Below are positions 57,655-64,000 of a stretch of DNA of 64,000 nucleotides, in pieces. This DNA is from Oculina patagonica (taxonomy: Eukaryota). The translations under genes were made by a program, and so were the position numbers. The stretch's first letter is position 1; each line of letters starts with the position of its first letter. The stretch spans positions 3,100,001 through 3,164,000 of the forward strand of contig NC_135770.1 of the NCBI RefSeq assembly GCF_052425735.1. The letters are read 5' to 3'. Under the pieces are notes generated by a model. That model made no database searches. It was not told the DNA's origin and worked only from the letters and a program-made list of their open reading frames with translations.

Positions 57655-58830
57655 GTCCACATTGTTCCGGAAAATTCCAGGAAAATTCTAATGTTAAAAA
57701 TTCCACTGTTAAAAGTCATTATCCAAGGTAAAATATTGAATATCTTTTCTTTTTTATTATTTGTTTATTTATTTTCAATAGTGTTTTGTTATTTTTAACG
57801 TTACTGCTAATTCTGTTGAGCGCTTTTGAACTTTGAGGATCTTGGCGCTATATAAATATTTTATTATTACTATTATTATTATTTTAACAAGAATATGACA
57901 TGTCGTGTAGCTTTGTACATTAATTTCACCACATACTATGGAAGAGAAAAGTTATCTTATACATTTAATAATAACTGTTCAACTTTATTAAATTCGATGA
58001 ATTTTAAAACTTATCATTTGTTTCTGCTCAGTATACATGTTTAATATTTGATAAAATGTTAAAAGCCTTGAGGTGCACCCTGGGTCTGCATGGAGCAATA
58101 ATTAATGTATCTTGAAAGGATGTTAAGAAGTTCACACTGTTACGGAAAATTTTATGGTTTAGAAATTCTACTGTTAAAAGTCATTATTTAAGGTAAAATA
58201 TTAAATATCTTTTCTTTTTACTAATATATGACAAGTCATGTAGCTTTGTCTACATAAATATTAACCACATACTATAGGATAGAAAGGAAACTTCTTTCTT
58301 TAATTGTTCAACTTTATTAAATTCGATGAATTTAAAACTCATTAGTTGTTAGTGCTCAGTATAAATATTAAATATTTGATCAAATGTTGAAAGCCTCGAG
58401 GTACACCCTGGGTGCATGCAGCAATAATTAATGTATTTTCAAAGGATGTCTATGCCTTTCGGCATATTATTAATCAATTTGTTAAGAAGTCCGCACTGTT
58501 CCGGAAAATTCTATGGTTAAGAAATTTCACTGTTAAAAGTCATTATTTAAGGTAAAATATTAAATATCTTTCCTTTTAACAAAGAAAATGACAAGTCATG
58601 TTGCTTTGTACATTTACCACATGCTATGGAATAGAAAAGGGATACTCTTTCTTTAATAGTTCAACTTTATTAAATTTGATGAATTTTGAATCTTGTTAGT
58701 TCTTTGTGCTTCTTATACATTTTCACATTATACAAAGCCTCGAGGTGCACCCTGGGTCTGCATGCAGCAATAATAAATGTATTTTGAAAGGATGTCTGAA
58801 CCTTCCAGCAATAAATTTGTTAAGAATATA
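57655..58830. repeat. Tandem array of ~350-bp units (about 3 copies) upstream of the PAN-EGF gene
   Basis: Recurring CTGTTAAAAGTCATTATTTAAGGTAAAATATT ... GAGGTGCACCCTGGGT. Confidence 0.75.
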
Positions 58831-58954
58831 AGGCTAATTAAATTGCCATTGAAGCCACATAGAGTGAAATAGTTTTGAAGATAAATTGAATGAATAATTG
58901 ATAGTTACTTATATAATCATGAACTGCATTGCTGTACAGCATCTTTAAAGGAAG

Positions 58955-61900
58955 ATGGCGATTCAGTTTAAGCTTTGCTTGTACGTATTTTTAACATTTC
59001 ATGTATTTTTTTGTTCCATTATCTGCGCTCAAAACTTCCAACGGGGAAAAAAAGGAGTGAGTTTTGCAAAGTTTATCAAACAGCCCTCAGTCAAACTGAA
59101 TGTGTTTGCAGTCGAGCGTCTGTCGGTTTCCAGTCTCGGAGAATGTACGTTTGAATGCATCAATCATGAAAAGTGTTACTCAGTGAACTTTGGCCACACT
59201 TCCACTGATGGAAAACATTCTTGTCAGTTGCTGAGAATTGACAAATTTACAAAGGTGAATCAACTTGTTGCTAGCGACGAATATGACCACTACTATATTA
59301 AGGTAAGTTAAAACCTTGCTAGTCTATAACCTGTTTAAAGTTGTCGTATTTCATGATGTTACATTAATCTTATTAATTTTATGGTTACTTTTTCACTAAG
59401 CTAAGAAACCTGGACAAGCCAAAATAATCGGCAAATTTTTGTGCGTATTATGTAACGGTTCGAAGTGAAACTCACTGAATTGATTACGTAACATCTTTTA
59501 AAACAGATTCTCGCCCTTAAAATCTCTGTACCTTGAAACTGCCTTCTTCGCACTTTAACATGAAAGAGAAAAGAAGACATTTATAAACGTTAAATGTCTG
59601 GATTACACTTCTTTAGCGTAAAATTCATATTGTGGTGAAGATACAAAACATGAATCAATTTTTGAAAAGGTAATTTAACATAGGAAGTACTTACTCTACG
59701 AAGTCTCTATGTTTGAACATCTGTTGATCTGAAATCTCTCCCACGTATCTTTCACCGACAGACAATAATTCTGTATATATAAGAAAAAATAAATAAAAAA
59801 TAGCGACTGAATTCCAACCTGCTTGGGCATATAATTGAGGATAAATTTCTTTGTAAAAATCGACAACCCACCGTTGTTTTTTGGCCAAATAAAGTTTCCG
59901 TTATTATATTTAATTTTAAAATTTTCTTTCACTTATTGTATTTGTCATAGCTTCTTTAAACCGTTTTAAAAACCTGCGTTTTTAAAAAACTCCTTAAACT
60001 TAAATGAAGCCTTTTCAAATCTAATTTTGGCCCGCACTCTAGCATCGAAATATTTCACTTTGCATTGTGGGTATTTTCTACATTACTAACGCCTGGACGA
60101 AGTCGCGAGAACGAGTCCCAGCGGGCCTTAAATAAGACGAAGGAGTTTATTGAAAGCCTAAGTTGTTCAGAACGGTTTGAGAGATACAAATATAATTCAC
60201 AAGGCCTGGAATATTATGTTGAATGTGAATAAAATGAAGAACAAACGGGCTGAAAAATATCGCAACTGTGATACCATTGTGGTAACTGTGATAACTGTGA
60301 TATCAGTAGTGAGTGTGATCGTCCAGGTGAAATTAGGTTGGTGACGGATCGGACTGACGGACGTTTCAACAACTTAAGCGGAAGTCAGTCATGTTTCAAG
60401 TGAAAATTTTTTGTCAGTCAATTTGCAACTGATCATGAGAACCCTGAAATGGTTTAGCATTTCATTCAGGAGGAAAGAAAAATACTTCTAGTGGCTTAAT
60501 GCTACAGCTACAGTAAAAACCCGCGAGTAATAACCTGTATTTTTCCCAGAAGCCTAAACAGGGATGGTAATTAGACGAATTCAGGCTAAGTAGGTTCTTG
60601 TCTTAAAGGTTCTTATTTTCTGAAGAAAATTTATATTGTTGATTATAGAATTTCTAGTGGTATTCAGTCTTTTCCTTATATGAAATTTGCATACCATTTT
60701 ATCTGTGTTTATATGGTTGTATCTACATGATAATATTTTATGATTTTTAATATTGCATGGCATTAACATTGGAACTGGAGTGATAAGGCTCCAAGGTGTC
60801 TCCAAAGAGGATCCAGAATTTCAACTTATCATATTTCCCTAAACTTTGATTACAAATGTAAGTAAACATTTTTAATCAATTTTAGAAAATTAGAACCTAT
60901 TTCCAAATTTTAGGCTAAAGAGATGGAAGAATAACTGGAAAATTTTAGCCTAACAAATTCTTTAAAATTTAGGTTCTTACTCGCAGGTTTTTACTGTACC
61001 CGGAGATACGCGCTGGCAGTATTGGCCACTAGTAGCCTGACACTATAGCTTTATACAGACTTAAGCTATACCTAACACCGTTTTGTACCTCTTTTACAGA
61101 CACCCTGTATGAGCTATCCGTGTCAAAATGGGGCTACCTGTTGGCCGTCTTATTCGAAGGACGATTACAAATGTCAGTGCGAAAAAGGATTCACTGGAAA
61201 ACACTGCGACAAAGGTACGTCACTCATCTTGACCATATATACAGGTGAAATGAGTTAATGAGTTGTTATTGGCAAATCCGCCGAATACCTTATTGTTACT
61301 TATTTCGCGGGAACTTAATTTCGCGAAAATGGAACGGGCATATTTCGCGGGACTTAAATTTCGCGATTTGGCCAAAAAAATACGTTTAAAGGAAATAAAT
61401 TTCGCGAAAATTGTCAAATTACTGGTCTGCATTAACAGACAGGAAGTCTCAAAATTGGCACAACTAATGTTAACTTTCCCCAGCAATAGTTTCCAATGAC
61501 ACTGAACTAAACAAAAACTATTATAACAAAACGAAACTTAAAACAGTTTGACATGCTCCTTTGTAACTAAGTATGGTTAGTTTGACGACTGTACCAAGAT
61601 AATTTTGTAGTAAAGTGACCGCAACGTTGACTAATCACATCGAATTATATGGAAGGGTACTAAAGTTCGCGTCGTTATTTTTCGCGAGGACTTTTTTCGC
61701 GGGTCTTTAATTTCGCGATTTTTTGAAAATCGCGAAAATTAAGTCCCGCGAAAATAAGTAACCTGCAATAAACTCGAAGCTACATCAATCAATAATTATA
61801 TATAACTGCAGGGCGTTTTTCGCGTTAGTGTAGGCAGTAAATCACATTTGCTTTGGCTTTGCATTTCTACGCTCAGTGATTGGTTTAAAAAACTTGCGCC

Positions 61901-62675
61901 ACTTTCTCATCTTATCAAAACCAGTCGTGACTCGCTTGCACACTTATTCCTGCGCTGCGTGCCTCCATTTTGCTTCGCGTTTTGATTGGTTAACAAGATT
62001 GTCTGTGTCCGTTTTGATTTACGACACTCAATTGAAAACCTGTCTTTAATATTCGAGAAGTTTTCAAATGAGTGAAGTAAAAAAAAAACCAAAATAATTC
62101 TCTGCTTCACAAAACACAATCAAAAATAAGGAGGGGGGGGAGGGTTTTTGGGGTAAAAAAAAAAAAAAAAAAAAAAAAAGCTATGTCAATTTGTGCTTTC
62201 AGTCAATTGGAAAAAGATGAAGTCGCCGTCAGGCGGTTCATCAGTTTGCTTTGGAGACCGTGGAGACGCACCTGGAATCTTCACAACCCCTTCACGTGGC
62301 GAAGTCATCACAATTAAACTGGTCCATCTGAGTGGTAAGGTGAGCTGTACTACAGGAAATTACTCCAACTGGGGATGCAACTTTCTTGACCTGCCCAAGA
62401 ATATGGAAACCCTGATAACAGATTCCGACCGAAACCGCCTTCTTCCCAATGACCAGCAACTATTTGACGCAGACCTTTGTGGCGGAGTTTTCTATGGCCT
62501 TCCAGGTCATACGCCCGACTCACCAGAGCTGCTCTTTGATAACCTTACCATTCCTTTGCCTGTGACTAAAGGGCAGCAGTTTCAAATTTGGTGGGGAGAG
62601 GACATACAAGACTGCGGCGAGCAAGATAATGGCGGGAAACAAGCATGCGTTGAAGTGTATGGCCTGTACGTGTAA
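58955..62675 (+). CDS. Secreted protein: signal peptide + PAN/apple + EGF + C-terminal uncharacterised domain; exons 58955-59302, 61100-61214, 62203-62675 (311 aa)
   Basis: Exon 1 has the PAN-type Cys pattern (ECTFEC...CYSVNF...CQLL) and ends AAG|gtaagt. Exon 2 is EGF (CMSYPCQNGATC...CQCEKGFTGKHC). Exon 3 joins in phase 1 to VNWKK...VCFG...KLVH.SG...SPELLF...CVEVYG. Confidence 0.85.
61286..61762. mobile_element. Second copy of the TACCTTATTG MITE (intron 2 of the PAN-EGF gene)
   Basis: Colinear similarity to 7491-7974. Confidence 0.7.
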
Positions 62676-64000
62676 ACTGATTAGCTGGCAGACTAGCAGT
62701 CCTTACAGTTTTTTTTTATCTCCTTCAAGGTCCCTTATATGTATTTTGGTCTGTATCGCACGAAAAAGTTTTGATTGATTCACTGCACGATTTCAGACCA
62801 ATTGCGGATTAAATTAAACTGCGAACAATATTGGACAGAACAACGACAAACAATATCAGTTAGCCTTTGTTCTGGTGCCGTTATTGTATACTATGAATTT
62901 CTGATACTACATGGCAATTAACGGTATATTATGTCACTTTCTGTGCTCTACAAAATAACCTTTTAACCAAATACCTTAGTAAATTTGAAAAATACGTTAG
63001 AAACAAGGCTAATTGCCGATGCACGTTCCGGATATGTAGTTACTTTAACCAAGCCTTGTATTTCGGGGCACAAAAATTGAAGTTTCCAAGCTGAGCTCAA
63101 ACTGATATCTTACTTAAACAGTATTCACGCAATAGTTGCCAAACTTTGTAACTGTGTATTTTCACTTCAGTAACGCTAGTGATTTAACCGATTTAACCGG
63201 GGCCCATCCTCCCCATATAACGTTTGCAATACAGTATGTTGTTTCTGTAAAGACCCTGTAAATCGGCCATATACTGTAACCCTGTTAGTAATTGTAAATA
63301 AAGTTGAATCCCTGTAACTTGGTCGTTCGAGGACATCCGAGAAAGGTTTTAGGAGTAATCAGGGGTCGAGTTTTCGAGGGTTTATATTAGTGAAAACCGT
63401 CCTGAAGGGGAATTAAAAAAGGTTCGTGTGAAAAGGGCTACGTCAAGGACAACACATTTTGAAAAATTGGCAACGTTTTTCAAAATTGTCGTTCGAAATT
63501 TGTCTCAGTCTTCATCAGTCGGAACCATTCTTGGTTATTTTCATTTTTTATCACTCCTTTGTTATTTTCTTTGTTAGAAAATTATTATTTTGAGGTTTTC
63601 TTCAATTTGAAAGAAATCAGAAAAATGACTTAATATGGCGTGGCATTGCTCCTTTACGTGAGGATCGAGTTATTTAGAGGGTTCGAGTTATCGAGATTCA
63701 ACTGCACTGACTGATATCCAGTTAAGGTCTTTTAAGGACAGAAAGTGCGAATGAAGCCGTGAGATAATCAGTAGAACGCAAAAACAAAAACACTAAAAGC
63801 TAAAAACATTGGTCCTCAACAATCCAAGTTGCACCAAAATCCGTAATTTACATCCCTGAGTGAACTAGGTCGCTTCAGTTCTTAGAGACAGTAAGGACAA
63901 ACTGAGAATCTAAATCTAGCTTGGTTTGTTTACTTTGAAAAATTTTCTATGTCAAGAAATAGCTATGCAAGGAATGTTTTGAAGAGAATAATAGTAACCG

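Overview
Eukaryotic genomic DNA, most likely from a stony coral or other cnidarian. This is an inference from the spliced genes, repeat families and gene types, not a database result. The centre of the window (15169-36475, about 21.3 kb) is an apparently intact, young Polinton/Maverick (adintovirus-like endogenous virus). It has AGTAGT termini, about 1.1-kb TIRs and a 6-bp TSD (TGTCTC/TGTATC). It encodes a protein-primed DNA polymerase B, an rve integrase with chromodomain, major and minor capsid proteins, an adenain-like protease, a packaging ATPase, a parvovirus-type PLA2, an array of small basic core proteins, and accessory genes. The most unusual signals are regulatory or non-coding. (1) The polymerase appears to be a 3-exon gene whose promoter carries 4 STAT/GAS and 8 NF-kB-like sites, suggesting replication is wired to host immune signalling. 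(2) Each TIR carries a non-canonical tRNA-like Pol III gene. (3) A mirror-symmetric bidirectional promoter drives an arenavirus-NP/Maelstrom-like exonuclease and a zf-GRF protein. (4) The right end looks like a collapsed head-to-tail concatemer junction. Host flanks hold two duplicated 4-exon ApoD-like lipocalin genes, a secreted PAN-EGF gene with a truncated paralog fragment, and many MITEs and TE relics.
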